Below, piece after piece: positions 39,005 to 51,564 of a stretch of 64,000 nt of DNA (the first letter of the stretch is position 1; each line of letters begins with the position of its first letter). Position numbers and translations under genes: made by a program. Source of the stretch: Thalia democratica (taxonomy: Eukaryota). Under the pieces are notes generated by a model. It had not been told where the DNA came from and ran no database searches. It saw only the letters and a program-made list of their open reading frames with translations. Location: positions 17,484,001-17,548,000 of the forward strand of contig OZ241832.1 in assembly GCA_965202585.1 (NCBI GenBank). The letters run 5' to 3'.

Positions 39005-42000
39005 AATTTTTTACACCTTATGAGAAAAGCTGTATAAAACTCTTTAAATCTTTTTACCTTACCAAGTTATTGTCATAAGCAATCAACAAACCTCTTATAT
39101 AAATAAACTAATTTACTTACAGATGACAATGTTTAAAATAATCTGTATGTAATCATTTTTATCTTTCTAAAAAAAGCTATTCTTGTAGAAACTACAACGA
39201 AATTTTCACTTATACTGTTGGCAACTATTTTTTTTTAGCTAGACCTATATAACCCTATTTTTTTAGTATTAGGTTCTATTTTCAGGGCATATTTAATGTC
39301 TAACATATACTTCAATAATCTATTTCTATAAATATTTCTTACATAAAAATCTTAATTTACCTTATTTATTTCCGTATGAATATTTAAAAAATTTAAACTA
39401 AATTAATAATTTTGTTTTGAACTTTTACTTGACATGAATTTCCGGTTATTAAAACAAAATAAAATTGTATGTGGATGTCAAAATTTATAAAAAAAACTTA
39501 AAAAGTATAATTTTATTGTATAATTTTATTCGTTTTAATTTGTCAATAAGTGACTGTTATTTTAAAAATATATATATATATAACTTTTTACAGTGTTGTA
39601 TGAAATAAGTAAGTAGAAACATTGTTACAAGGAAAATACAAATATTTAGCGAAAAAGTTGATCTAAAAACTACGCATTTAACATTCAGTTTATAAAAAAA
39701 CTGATAAACTGATAAAAGTAAACTAGATATAGTAAACTTCAAAACATGTTTGAACGTTTTTATCTGCTTGTTTTTATGTTGTTTGACTAAAAATACTTCT
39801 GTAAAACATAACACATGTTGGCTGTAATATTTTACATTTAACCTTGACTTTCCTACTTTTATCAAAGATATTAAGACAAACAATTTATTTGTTTTTCTTT
39901 GTCGATTATTTTTTAAACATTTTAATTTTTACATAGGGCCTTTTCATGGAGATAAAAGTTTCAAGTTTATAAATTTAATTAAATTTTTATACTTTATTTA
40001 TGAATAATAAAGTATTTGAAATAAAAATGAACATTTCTTCAATTGCATTGGAAAACTATTACACATATATTTCAGTTATAAGCAGGGTCGTCTGGTGTGG
40101 TGAGCATTGGAGCAATTTTCACGTAGAAAAAATAAAGAACCTGTCATAAAATTATAAAACTAATAAAACTATTGTTTTTCAAACTAACTTTTGTTTACGA
40201 ACGATTTTTTGTAACTGTAGTATTTCTATTTTACTGAATTAGTTTTAAAAAGTATCTAGTTAAAAGTATTTCAAAAATACTCGTAATTTTTCTGAAGCCG
40301 CTAAAAATATCACGCGTCGCCACTTGTTATTAACCGGTAATAAAAACGTCATTGGTTGATATGATAAGAAGGAAGAGAAAACAAACAATGTTACATCATA
40401 GAATACTAAAAGGTTCAACTGAGTCGTTTTTCCTATAACACATAAAACAAAAATTGCTTCTGATTTTTTTAGTAACATAAAAAAAAACATGTTTAATTAT
40501 TGTCAGGTTAAAAAAAATACTTATGACTTTGTTATTGAAAAGTAAGATTTATTGTATATATTTAGTGTTGAAAGAATATAAAAAAGTGTAGAAAGAATAT
40601 CAAGTAAGAATTAAAGTTGAAAAGGTGTTACTTTTTTATGTAATTTAAAGTTTTAAAAACGTTTCTTTGTTAAACAAAAAAAGTAACACGTGTCATCGTT
40701 CAAACATAAACATCAACCTACAATAATTATTAGTTTCAATATCGTTTATTACTATCTTAAAAAAATAAATTTTTATCAAAACTTATAAAACTACGTTATT
40801 TTTTCTGCAGCACTTTTGTAGTACACCTCCATCTACGCTTTACACAGAACACTTACTAAGTTGATACTTCCACCCTGACATCTCTTATGTAATTTCAAAT
40901 ACATGTTTTATTGAATGAACCTTATTATAATGTCACACAAGAGACGTGTGTAATATTTTTGCTGCATATTGTCGTGACAATTAATTTGAAATACATATTA
41001 CCTAAATAAATATTGTAAACCTTTTTTTTGGCCAAAATTTAATTCTTTGTAAGTTTGTATAGTATTAATAACTTAGTTAAGTTTGAAAAATAAGTTCTAT
41101 CTAGACATTTTTAAATTAATAAGACTTCTATAAATAAAATTAGAATTTTGTACTACGACATTTAATCTTGTATCTATCAAAATTTGTTTACTAATTAAGA
41201 GAACAGAGGTTTATTTTAGTTTATAAACTAGATACGATTGAAAGTTTATTAATATAAAACCAATAGTATGAAAAAATTATAAGTTTAGCTTGTTAACCTT
41301 CACAAGCAAAACAGGAAGAAGTTAAATTTTACTTTTTGTTTTCAGCAAACGAGAACAAATTTGTTACACGCTTAACACTTGCTCAAATTTATGCAAATTG
41401 GCCTATTAAGAGTCGTTTTAAAACAATTCACATATCAAGCAGAATCAAAAAAATCATTAGAGTTTTTACCTGCAACTCAAGATGACATTAAACGAGGGAA
41501 TTCATAATTGTGAGAGAGATGAAAAAAAAGAACTTTAAACCTTCAACAAAGCCAGTTTTGATTTTTCTTTGTTGGTGGCAGAACAATAAAGTTTTTATAT
41601 ACATTTTATTTTTGTTTGATAAAATAGCTCTATGTTAGCATTTTAATTTTAAATAAGTTTTAATTAACTTTTTTAGTTAGTTACAATCTGGCTTAACATA
41701 AACTAGATTTTTATACTTGGAACTATCATTAAAACCTGTATCTTTGTTATTAGTTTCACACAGTTAAAACTTTAAATAAGTAGTAGTAAACTTGTATATT
41801 TATACTTGGAGTTATTTTACAACTTAAGAGTAATTATTTATAGTGTAGTTGTGAATTGTAACTATTAATTACACTACTTAGTGGTGACGGATATAATTTA
41901 ACACCAGACAATAGTTTGTTTGTTATGTATTCCCAGTAGACATATATATGAACTTCATTAATGTTTTACATTCGTCTAAATTTTATTTTGTTATATTTTA

Positions 42001-43458
42001 ATGCATCTACGAAACTTATTCAACTTTTCAAAATAAACAATTTAAACTGTTTTTTTATAAACTTATATTAACAACAGGTTGTAAAACATGTTTATTTCCA
42101 ACAGTTTGTTTGATCTATTTCTAGTGTATATTTAGGGTAAAATTTTTATTGAAAGCCGCCAAAATTAGTTGTAAACTAAACATTTGTTCTTACTTTAGTA
42201 CATTGTTTATTTTGTTTTTAGCTTTAATGTTACAAGGCTTTTAAGTTTTTTTGTGAGGTTTTTTTTGGCAGTAAACTTAGCATGTGTTTCGTTGTAGAAA
42301 CTTTTTGTTAAAACTTTGAGGTAAAAAGTAGTGAAAATGTCAATGAATTCATAAGTTTTTACAGATGACACAAAAAGTTTCCAGATTTAGACGTTGATTT
42401 ATAAAAATTAGATTTAACCTGGTTAGTTATTATAGTAATAACTAATTTTCTATTTTGTTATTAATATCATATTGTTCGTTTTATGTTTGTATTTAAGGTA
42501 AACCTAAGCTTTTACATGATAATTTAAAATACATAGTGACATTTATAAATCTTATCTTTAATCAATTTGCTGATATTGTAAACAAAATCATTTGTTTTAA
42601 AGTTATAACTTCTCACTACGCAGTCGAAAATAGCAGTGTTTTTTTTAATTGCATCATAGATTATATAAATGTAGGTAATAAATTTATATATTTATGAATA
42701 AGTAGACGTTTTCTGTAGTCAAAACAAATTAGAACTAGTATTTATATCTGGCTGATATCATTGTGACCATTCAATTCAACTTGAGCATTTAGATTTCAAT
42801 TCTTTCCTAATTGCATGTTTTTTCATTTAATTTATCAAATTTTAAAACCCCTTTGTAAATACAACTTCGCCTTGCTTCATTGGTAATGTTTTGAAAATAC
42901 TTAGAATCGAAGCAGTTTGGTTTTAAGATTTTGTTTTGATAATTTAGATTTATTTTTAAGTTTTTATAGGCTAACATAATTTGCTTTTTTAACTAAGCAA
43001 GTTTGACAACTAAAATTTAAATATTATATATTTATTAATAATATACCAATACTAAAAGTTTATTTTATAGTTTTGACCTGTCAACTATTTAATTTGTTAT
43101 TTATATTCTAAAATTCATGTCAAAGGCATTCTTAGCTTTTAATATTAATACTTATACTAGAAAATGCTTTATTCAACTAATAAAACAATAAAGCATCAAG
43201 CAATTAAGTTCGTGATTAACTTATTGCCAATAGCTTTAAAAATTTTGTTTTACGTAGTAGATTAATTTTAAATTACAAATAAGTACATAAACTTTAGACT
43301 TGCAAATAGAAATGTTTTAACTTTCAAGCTGCTTAATTCAAGTTACAAAACAAATCAAGTTTTAGTTTTAGATATAAACACATTTGTTTGGTTAATTAGG
43401 TATCATTGAACTGACACTAAGTTTAGCTCTTCATTCAAGTGAAAGTACAAAACCTATG

Positions 43459-43584
43459 TTAAAGAGGCGACTTAAGATGTTGCAGTGTTTAGTGTAAACT
43501 CGGCAGGAGAGAAAAATCCAGTTTACAAAACAATAACCCGGAAAATTATTCAAGCGTGAAATGAGCCCCCATATCAGGTTACCT
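43459..43584. other. Highly conserved 126-bp non-coding element (copy in U5)
   Basis: 125/126 identical to 12053-12178. Confidence 0.85.
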
Positions 43585-44409
43585 ACTTTTTGTTTGACAA
43601 AAAACACTTCAAAAAAGTCACTTGTTAAAATTCTTCTGAAAGTCTCTTTAAAATATTAATTTTTTCTTTAAAGTTTAAAGTTTAAACCTTGTGTTTTTTA
43701 TTTTGTAGCTCGATTTGGCAAATTTGTATGATTTTTTGTTAGATATCAGATATTAAATAATTTGAAAGATTAACTTGTGCAACAAAAAGTCGAGTTAAAA
43801 GCTAACGGTTGCGGCAACTTTTTAAAATTTTGTATTTAGTATAAAAGTTATGTGTGGCAAAACACTTCAAAAAACTGTTTAAAAGAATTTTTAAGTTAAA
43901 TTAAATTACGCCAAGTGTAGCTAATGGGAAACAATAAAAATAATTTAACATTTTTAACTTAAACTTAATGGGAGTTTGAACGATCCTAAAGTTATGATCA
44001 TTGTAAAATGTTCTTTTAAAGTTTAACTACCTTTAAGACTTTTACTTATTTACTTTTCTGGAATCTTGATCAAGAATTGTTTTCAAATGATGACAAGTTT
44101 AATGCCAAAACTTTTCTACAAAATGTCATTAAAAATAAATAGTTTTATCAAAAAAGACCGTTGTGAGTCAATGAAAAAAAAAAATTGTCTTGTCAAAACA
44201 AACAGTTTATTTAAAAATGACAGTTAATTCATTAAGCTGGAAGTTTGAGGTTGTTATAAAAATGAAGAAACGACGCGCTGTTGAAGTTTGAAGCTAAACA
44301 AAAGTTGACTTTCCAAAATAACAAGCTCGAAATGCGATTATGACTTTATTGTTTGAGCGCATTCGACAACGACTAGTATAAGAGAGTTTTTGATAAACGA
44401 ATTGAAGTG

Positions 44410-44640
44410 AGAATTGTTAATACTTGATCGTCTCATAGATTTATAAAAAGTGTTTATATATTATTGTTTGTCTTGGGTTATATGTCACGTCTACTTGAAA
44501 TACATTTATGTTAGTTTTATAACAGGTTTTTGACGTAGTAGTTGATGTATGAGTTATTAACAATGAATCGTCTACTTGGTTGTTGATAAATTGCTCAAAT
44601 ACTATTATTTGTCTCGGGTTATATGTCACGTCTATTTGAA
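44410..44640. repeat. Internal ~150-bp tandem duplication of a conserved block (…GGGTTATATGTCACGTCTA(C/T)TTGAAA)
   Basis: Two copies (~44410-44500 and ~44560-44640). The block is single-copy in U2 (~12900-12980) and U4 (~34220-34305). Confidence 0.8.
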
Positions 44641-46069
44641 ATTTATTTTTATTATCAGACGTCTGTGAAGTAGACGCACAGTCTATTAAATTGCTTTAAT
44701 GGTTGCTATTATCAATATATTTGATTTATCGATTGGTCTAAATCTTTTTTGTTGCGACAATGATATCAAAACAGATTTGTTCCAAGTTTTTTGGTTGAAC
44801 TATTTTGAACAAGTTGCTTATAAATTGTGCTTAAAAGGTAATAAATTTATCGAACAAGTGCTACAGAAATAAATACACTGTTTAGCTAAATAACTCATGT
44901 TATTAACATTGCTCAAGTAGCTCTTCACCGAATGTTTATTTTTTTATTAACTTTGCAAATAAAACAAACCACAGGTCTTATAATTTCTATTTGGTGAAAA
45001 TTAAGATTAATTATTCAATAAAAGACTGTGTTTAACGTCAGAATTGTTATGTAATCAAAGGTTTAGCAAAAATATATTTATATAGCATAAATTTTTATCT
45101 TATACAATGTAAAAATAAAAGTGTTTTTGATTTAAACTTATAAGTAAAGTAAATTAAATATTTTTCATTTCGCTTTAGATAACCAAATTAGTTTTTAGAA
45201 TAAAGTTTAGCAGGGTATTGCGTAAGTTAAATTTTAAAGCAAATATATAAAATAAAACTATTTAATTTTGTCATGCTAAAATGTTAAGTTCGTTACATTT
45301 GAAAAGTTATTTCTTAATTTTAAACATTTGTATTTAAGTATTTAAAATACATAATTGATTTATACGAATTAGACTAAGAACTTGTTAAGTATGAGAGTTT
45401 AATTAAACTTCATTTCAACTTAAAGCCATGATTCGAAAACAAAATAAATGAAATTTAAATACTAAAAAACATAACACTGAAATTCAAGTCTAGGTACTAG
45501 TTTCAAATTATAGTTTATTATTATTTATATTCGTTTCATATTGCAGTTTTTTAAACATGTAATCATAATTTTACTATTATCTTAAAGCTAATTAACACTA
45601 CTACTATAAATTTTTCAGTACGTTAATTATGTATTACATTACGTACATCAATTAAGTAAACTTTTAAAAAAAGACGCAATAAATCTGTAAGTAAACGATA
45701 TCAAAAAAAAGATTAAATGAAAAATTTCATAATATTTTATTATACAAATAAAATTAAATAAATAAAAACATTGCATTAATATTATTAGTTTAAATATAAC
45801 ACAACTGTTAAAAAAATCAGTTAACTCTTGTAACTTTAAATCTAAAACATACATATAATAGAAAAATTTTAACTAACTTTAAGTAGATATTAGCTACTGT
45901 TTGGTATGGATAAAATTTGCACTAAAACTTTCAATTATATATACTACGTAAGATATGCACTTTTGCTTGAGTTCAACGTGCGTATCTTATCGGTGTTCCT
46001 ACAGTAGTTCCATTATGGTAATAAAACCAAAAGTTTATCCACAACGGTCAAAAAACAAGTTAAAATAAT

Positions 46070-46680
46070 TTAGCACTAAATTGACACGTAATCTAAAAAC
46101 ACGCGTGCTATTTCATACACAAACAAAAGATACGTTGCAAATAGTTAAACTTTTAACCCTTTTCGTAAAATTGTTCCTATAACTACGCTAGTCACATCAA
46201 CCAATAAACCTAAAAACACAGCCTTGTACCTTTGATATCACGCCCCAATATTTTGATAGCAACAATAAGGTAATTATGCAATTTCGACAGCTACGCAAAC
46301 TTTCAATTTTACTATATTTGTACTAATTTCGACGATAAGCTTGTTAGTATGTTGACAATTTTTACGCGGGGCTAAATTGTTGTTTTTGCGTGGAGGATAA
46401 ATCGAGTTCGCTTCGTTTGATTTCGGCGAAGTTGTTTGATTTTTTTCCAAAATAAATATCTCACGACCCATCAGCTAGCTTCAATTTTTTTGTGCGGGGG
46501 CTTTTGTGCAACTACGATAGCTACGCACACTTTCAATTTGGGTAGTTTTTGTATTAATTTAGCCGATAGCCTTGTTAGTTTGTAAACTATTTCACGCGCA
46601 TAGTATAACTCGAGCTCACCTCGCTCGAAATTAACGTTTTTAGCTGTTTTTTTGTGCCAAAATCAACAAAAAACTCCGTA
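46070..46680 (+). promoter_or_regulatory. Block B of U5: CpG-enriched promoter-like region with a candidate + strand donor AAG|GTAATT at 46270
   Basis: Locally CG-rich (ACGCGGGG, CACGCGC, GGCGAAG), with a TCF-like CCTTTGAT. Homologues occur at 4763-5030, 26161-26460 and 35675-35970. Function is inferred. Confidence 0.45.
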
Positions 46681-49600
46681 AACTTTAGTATTTTGGCTTA
46701 ATAAGCACTGGAGGTGATCTTTAGTAAGAAAAAAAAATGTAGTAAATAGTTTCCTAGTCTATAGAATGTCAGAATATGTATTTGAAAATAAATTCAAACT
46801 TTTTTAGTAAACTGTGTTCTTTACCTTGCAAATGTAAGAAAAAAATCGTCTTTGAAATTATCTCTTATTTTTCTCACCTGTTAACTGATGTCAAAAACTT
46901 TAAGCAGAAAAATTATCTATTGTTTGATTCTCATAAAACTTTAATTTAAAATCTCTACGGAGAATGTTTTTCAAGAAATTTGGAACAACAAACTTATTAA
47001 GTTTTATTTACATTATCAAACAAAGAATATAGGTTGATCAAAGCGTTTATAAACTTCAACTCTTTTAAAACATGTTTACTGTAAAATTATTACGAATCGC
47101 TTAATAAGTTTAAAAGTTCTTTAAAAAAAATCAAGTTTCTTGGAATCTCTGTAACTGAAGCCGAAATGTTTATGCAACATCTAATTAACTGACTAACTAC
47201 TTTCAACTAAATACAATGCAGAATATTTTACAACTGCCTTTGTAGATCAATGATGAGATTATAATTTTACTGTTTTAAATCACCTGACAGGTACTTTGAT
47301 CATTAAAAAAACATGTTTTAATTGTTATGTTTTACTTTTTATTTTTTACAATAATAGCAATAAAGCTTTGAACTTACATGTAAAGGCTTTAAATATACAC
47401 TTCAAAGATATTTTTGCTCAGTTTATTAACTCAACTTTTTTTAAGTATTTTTTTCATAAAAAAAAACAAGCTTTTAGCTTTCAAAAACGTATTTGATAAC
47501 TAAAGTTTTTAGATATTATTAATTTTCAATGTAATTTTATGACAAAAAAACTATTTTGAAAGATCTAAAAACTAAAAGAAAGGTACTTTGTGGTGTATAT
47601 ATAAAACACTTGAATCGCAATAAACATTAAGTATTTGTTTTTTGTAGAGATTACATCGAAATTAAATGGTCAATTTAAACCAATGTTGGTCGAAATATAT
47701 AAATTTAACTTATTTATACTAAAGTTAGCTTTAGTTTTGTTTTTTCTTATAACTGACAAACTAATGTTTTAAAAAAATAACTATAACAAAATTTTGTATA
47801 TTAATAGTTTAAATTGTTTCTTTGAAATAACTAAATTAAAAAAATTTAATAGCATATATATTTAATAGCTAAATTATAAAAGCATAACTAATTAGTAAAC
47901 AGCATGTTATAACTTTAACTTTTAACACTGAACTAGCAAATTAACAACTTCGCATTTAAAATACTTTATCTAAATTTTAAAACTTATTAGTTGTTATGTG
48001 TGAATCAAAGAGAGTAGTTTACGTGTAAAAAATGCGAGAAAATTTGTGTTTGCTGTTAAATTGCTAAATTAAACACCTTTAACACATTATTTTAAATAGC
48101 AGTATGTTAAACGTTGTTATTAAAGGCATCACTGTAATGACAAAGTACATTGTTTTTATTTACGTCATATTAACACTAGTCTGATAAAGATCAAACCAAA
48201 ACAATTATCACAAAATTCTCCATATGTTTGCAGTACACTACACTTAAAACTGTGTTTGAGAGTGTGTTTAAATGAAAAACCAAACATTTTTCGTTTGTCT
48301 TTACCCTTTAAGCTGTTTTCATAGTAAAATGTAAAATTCATGTATAAATATATACTTCTGAGATTGAAACAAGAGTATATTTTTGATTATACTTAGCAAT
48401 TTTCATGTATTTAATTCCCGATAAGACCTCTTCACAGTTTTTCAAACACACATAAACGTCTGTCAACAACACGTGCTAAAATATCAATCAAAACCACGTA
48501 CAAGTAAATAAGAAGTTCAATTGTACAGAGAAGCTCAATCGAGCAACAGTTGATTTTAAAGTTATATTTTGCAAAATATCGGCAAAATTTTATTTATCAA
48601 ACAGGCGTCGACCGGTGAAGATTAAGTTTTTAATTTAATGTTTGCCTTATCAAAATTTTAAGTGAGATTTTAACTTTTTTGTTTAATAAATGTTGATTTT
48701 ACAGAAAAAAAGTGCTAAAGTCAAGTGTTATAAGCATTTTTTATGAAAGTATGCTATTGTGTTTTTTAGTAAATGTTCTTCATAATTGTCTTTAATATTT
48801 TACAAGTGTAGTTTAAATTGAAAAATAAGAAAAATGTTAAAGTAAATTAATAACGTGTGTTTACCTTTTAATGATAACAAGTTTTTTAGGCTAGCTTTTT
48901 TTTAGAACTATATTTGATAAGTTGGGCTTAATTTTAAAACTTAAACCTTAAGTTGAATTTCGCTCAGCTAGGATAGAAAAGCAAGTTATATTTTACATAA
49001 GGATACTTTGTATCAATATTTAAGCAATTTCGTTATTAGAACCACTATTTCTTTACAAAAGTTATAAAAGTCAATAAAGTTACGTTAAAAATTAAGATTT
49101 TTTTTTGTTTAAAACCTTAATTCCACATAAACTAGCTTCTTCTTACAAGTGTTTACATCTTTATAGTCACTAATCGCATTATAACTAAACGCTGAATTCA
49201 CCTTGAGGCTAAAAGGTTTTATTGAGGATTCAAAAAGTCCAAACAATTATTTTAACGAGAAAAAAAGTAAATATAGTTTGCTAAACTGTCTGAACTACAC
49301 AAAAAAAGTTTGTTATACAAAATTAAGTTATTACTTTTATTCTAATATCATGTTTGAAGAATCTAATACTTGTTGTTTGTAAAAATTATGCAATTAAAAT
49401 CCCTATGTTTTTTGTTCTCTGTAGTCTAAAGCAAGATTGTTTAGTGAGTAAACTATAAATCACATAAAACTAATTTTTACATTTTTACCAAAATATCTCT
49501 TAATCGTAGTTGTTGTAAATCATTATGTACATATCGGACTTTGTGTAAAATACTTCAAACATTTTATTTTTATAAAATATCTAAATGATTTCACATATCA

Positions 49601-50676
49601 TAGAATTTAAACGTTGCGGCAATATTTACACTTCTTTGTTCAAATGATCTTTATTGATGCACGTGATTTTTTGTTTTGTTCTAGATACGTGACAACTTTA
49701 AGTTTAAAATTAGTAGAAGAATAGGAGTATAAAGGTTTTTAATCTGGAAAGGTTTTGAAGTTTGGTCTCTTTTTATTTGCTTTTAGATTTAAACAGTTAT
49801 TTAGAACAAGTAAAGATTAATACTAAGTATTCCAACGAACAGACCATTTTTTGTTTTTGGGAAAATAACGTTTCTGTATAAGTTTTGTTTTTGCTTTATG
49901 TTACATTAAGACAATATTTTACGCTGTTCACTTGTTTGGATCTGATCAAAAATGAAGTTAGAAAATATGGTTTATACTTTAAAAAAAATAAGTATGTAAT
50001 TATTAAAAACTTCTAGAACTAAAAAAATGTGCGCTTTAATTTTTTACATTTTTGAGCAGACGGGAATATTTCTGTTATACTCATATGATAAAAGTTGTAT
50101 AATAATTTTGAACAATAGTTTTAGTTATTTTAATTAAAAAAAAAAATTATAAAAAAATTAAATACTATTTTTCTTAATACAAGCACAGCTTTTTAGTTTG
50201 CAGTTAGTAGTTTATTATTGGAAACTTATATTTTAAACTTTGTTTACATTTCTACAAATAGAATTAAACAAACCTAAAAAAAAAATTATCTGTTTAACCC
50301 TCTAGTACTTGAGTATATAACAGCTTTTTCGTAGGATCTTAAACACTTTTAATTATCTACTAGTTTTTTGAAGATTTATATTACTGGTCAAGTTTTTAGT
50401 TCATTGAAAAAAACTTTTATAATAGCTGAGCCGTCATCTTTACATATGCAAAAAATAGTTTGCATTTATGTAAACCGTAGAAAATAGCACAGATTTAATG
50501 CTATGTTTTTCGATATATGTTTTTATATGGAAAATAAATTTGTTGAGATTAAAATTAATTTATTGCCCATTATTGCTTTAACCATAATACTTATATTCTT
50601 TTATCATAAGTAAAATTAAAGCTGTTCTAAAAATAGTCATTTGAACGATTATTTCTGTTTTAATTGTTTCCACATT

Positions 50677-50935
50677 AAGGGCACGGAAAAATGTTACACT
50701 TTTTGAAATTTTCCGACAACCGGTTGCGTGTCTAATTTAATGTAAACTTTCTTCGCAATGGCAATTATTTTGAAGAATCGTCACGTTTTATTTGCACTCG
50801 TCACTCAGAAATCACTCAAAAAAAAGTGACGCCGTGACAAAAACTTAAGAAGCTCTCATTGTCTATGAAGTCATATTAAAATTTTATTTTGTTGAATGTT
50901 CTTGATATCATTCTTTCGAGCAAAATTTTATATCT
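50677..50935. promoter_or_regulatory. Proximal conserved block with clustered CGTCA/GTGAC motifs ~0.65-0.9 kb upstream of the ATG
   Basis: TCGTCACG, TCGTCACT, GTGACGCCGTGAC. Homologues at 5921-5995, 18675-18940 and 27738-27850. Confidence 0.45.
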
Positions 50936-51498
50936 TTTACAAAAACAGAGTTAATTTCAACACTTAAATTAGCAACTAGTAGTTAGTAGACAATAATTTA
51001 AGGCAGTAAATAGTTTCGTAAATTATCAGCTCACTTACAATAACTTATACTTTAAGACGTGACATATGCTTATAGCTACATAAAACTGCACACACTTGTG
51101 TGAGTATAAACTCGAAATTCAAATCAATGTTTAATTAAACCGTTTTTATTAACAAGTACCTTGATTGTCATGATAAAAGTTTAGCTTATTTTTTAATAAC
51201 AAAGAAAATATTTATATACAAATAAAATATCATACCTTTACTGTTTTTAAAGTTTTTTATTATTTTATTTTTTATAATGTAAACAAAGCGAAACGAGCTA
51301 AACACTAGATATAAATGAGTTGTATATTAAAAAAGATTTTATTACAGTCAAGTATTTACGACGCTATACGACAATAAATTTATGTTTTGTAAAGTCGCAC
51401 AAAACATAAATTAGTTTATATTAACATTTAATTACTTTTTTAATTGCAATGAAGATTTTAGAAAGTTTAATAAGAATTTTAGAGAAAAAAAATGTACG

Positions 51499-51507
51499 AT
51501 TTTTCAG
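51499..51507 (+). other. Candidate 3' splice acceptor (cis or SL trans-splice) 57 nt upstream of the FLRT ATG
   Basis: ATTTTTCAG ending at 51507, with no ATG-initiated coding sequence needed upstream. Vertebrate FLRT genes have non-coding 5' exons. Confidence 0.45.
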
Positions 51508-51564
51508 AAAAGCAAAGACAGTTAATAAATAATTAAATGATATTGGATTAAGACAATATGTAAA

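Larger units (their letters stand above)
39000..51500. repeat. Array unit U5: native upstream region of the FLRT-like gene, carrying the most complete block set
   Basis: Contains most of the recurrent blocks and runs directly into the coding exon at 51565. Confidence 0.88.

Noticed and set aside
40083-40125. CAGGGTCGTC… possible hAT-like terminus
   Set aside because: No matching right TIR or repeated TSD found.
1-51500. Array as an assembly artefact (uncollapsed haplotypes) or as a CRISPR-like array
   Set aside because: The units differ by many substitutions, kb-scale indels and unit-specific transposons, far beyond allelic or error levels. There is no regular repeat-spacer structure and the sequence is eukaryotic.
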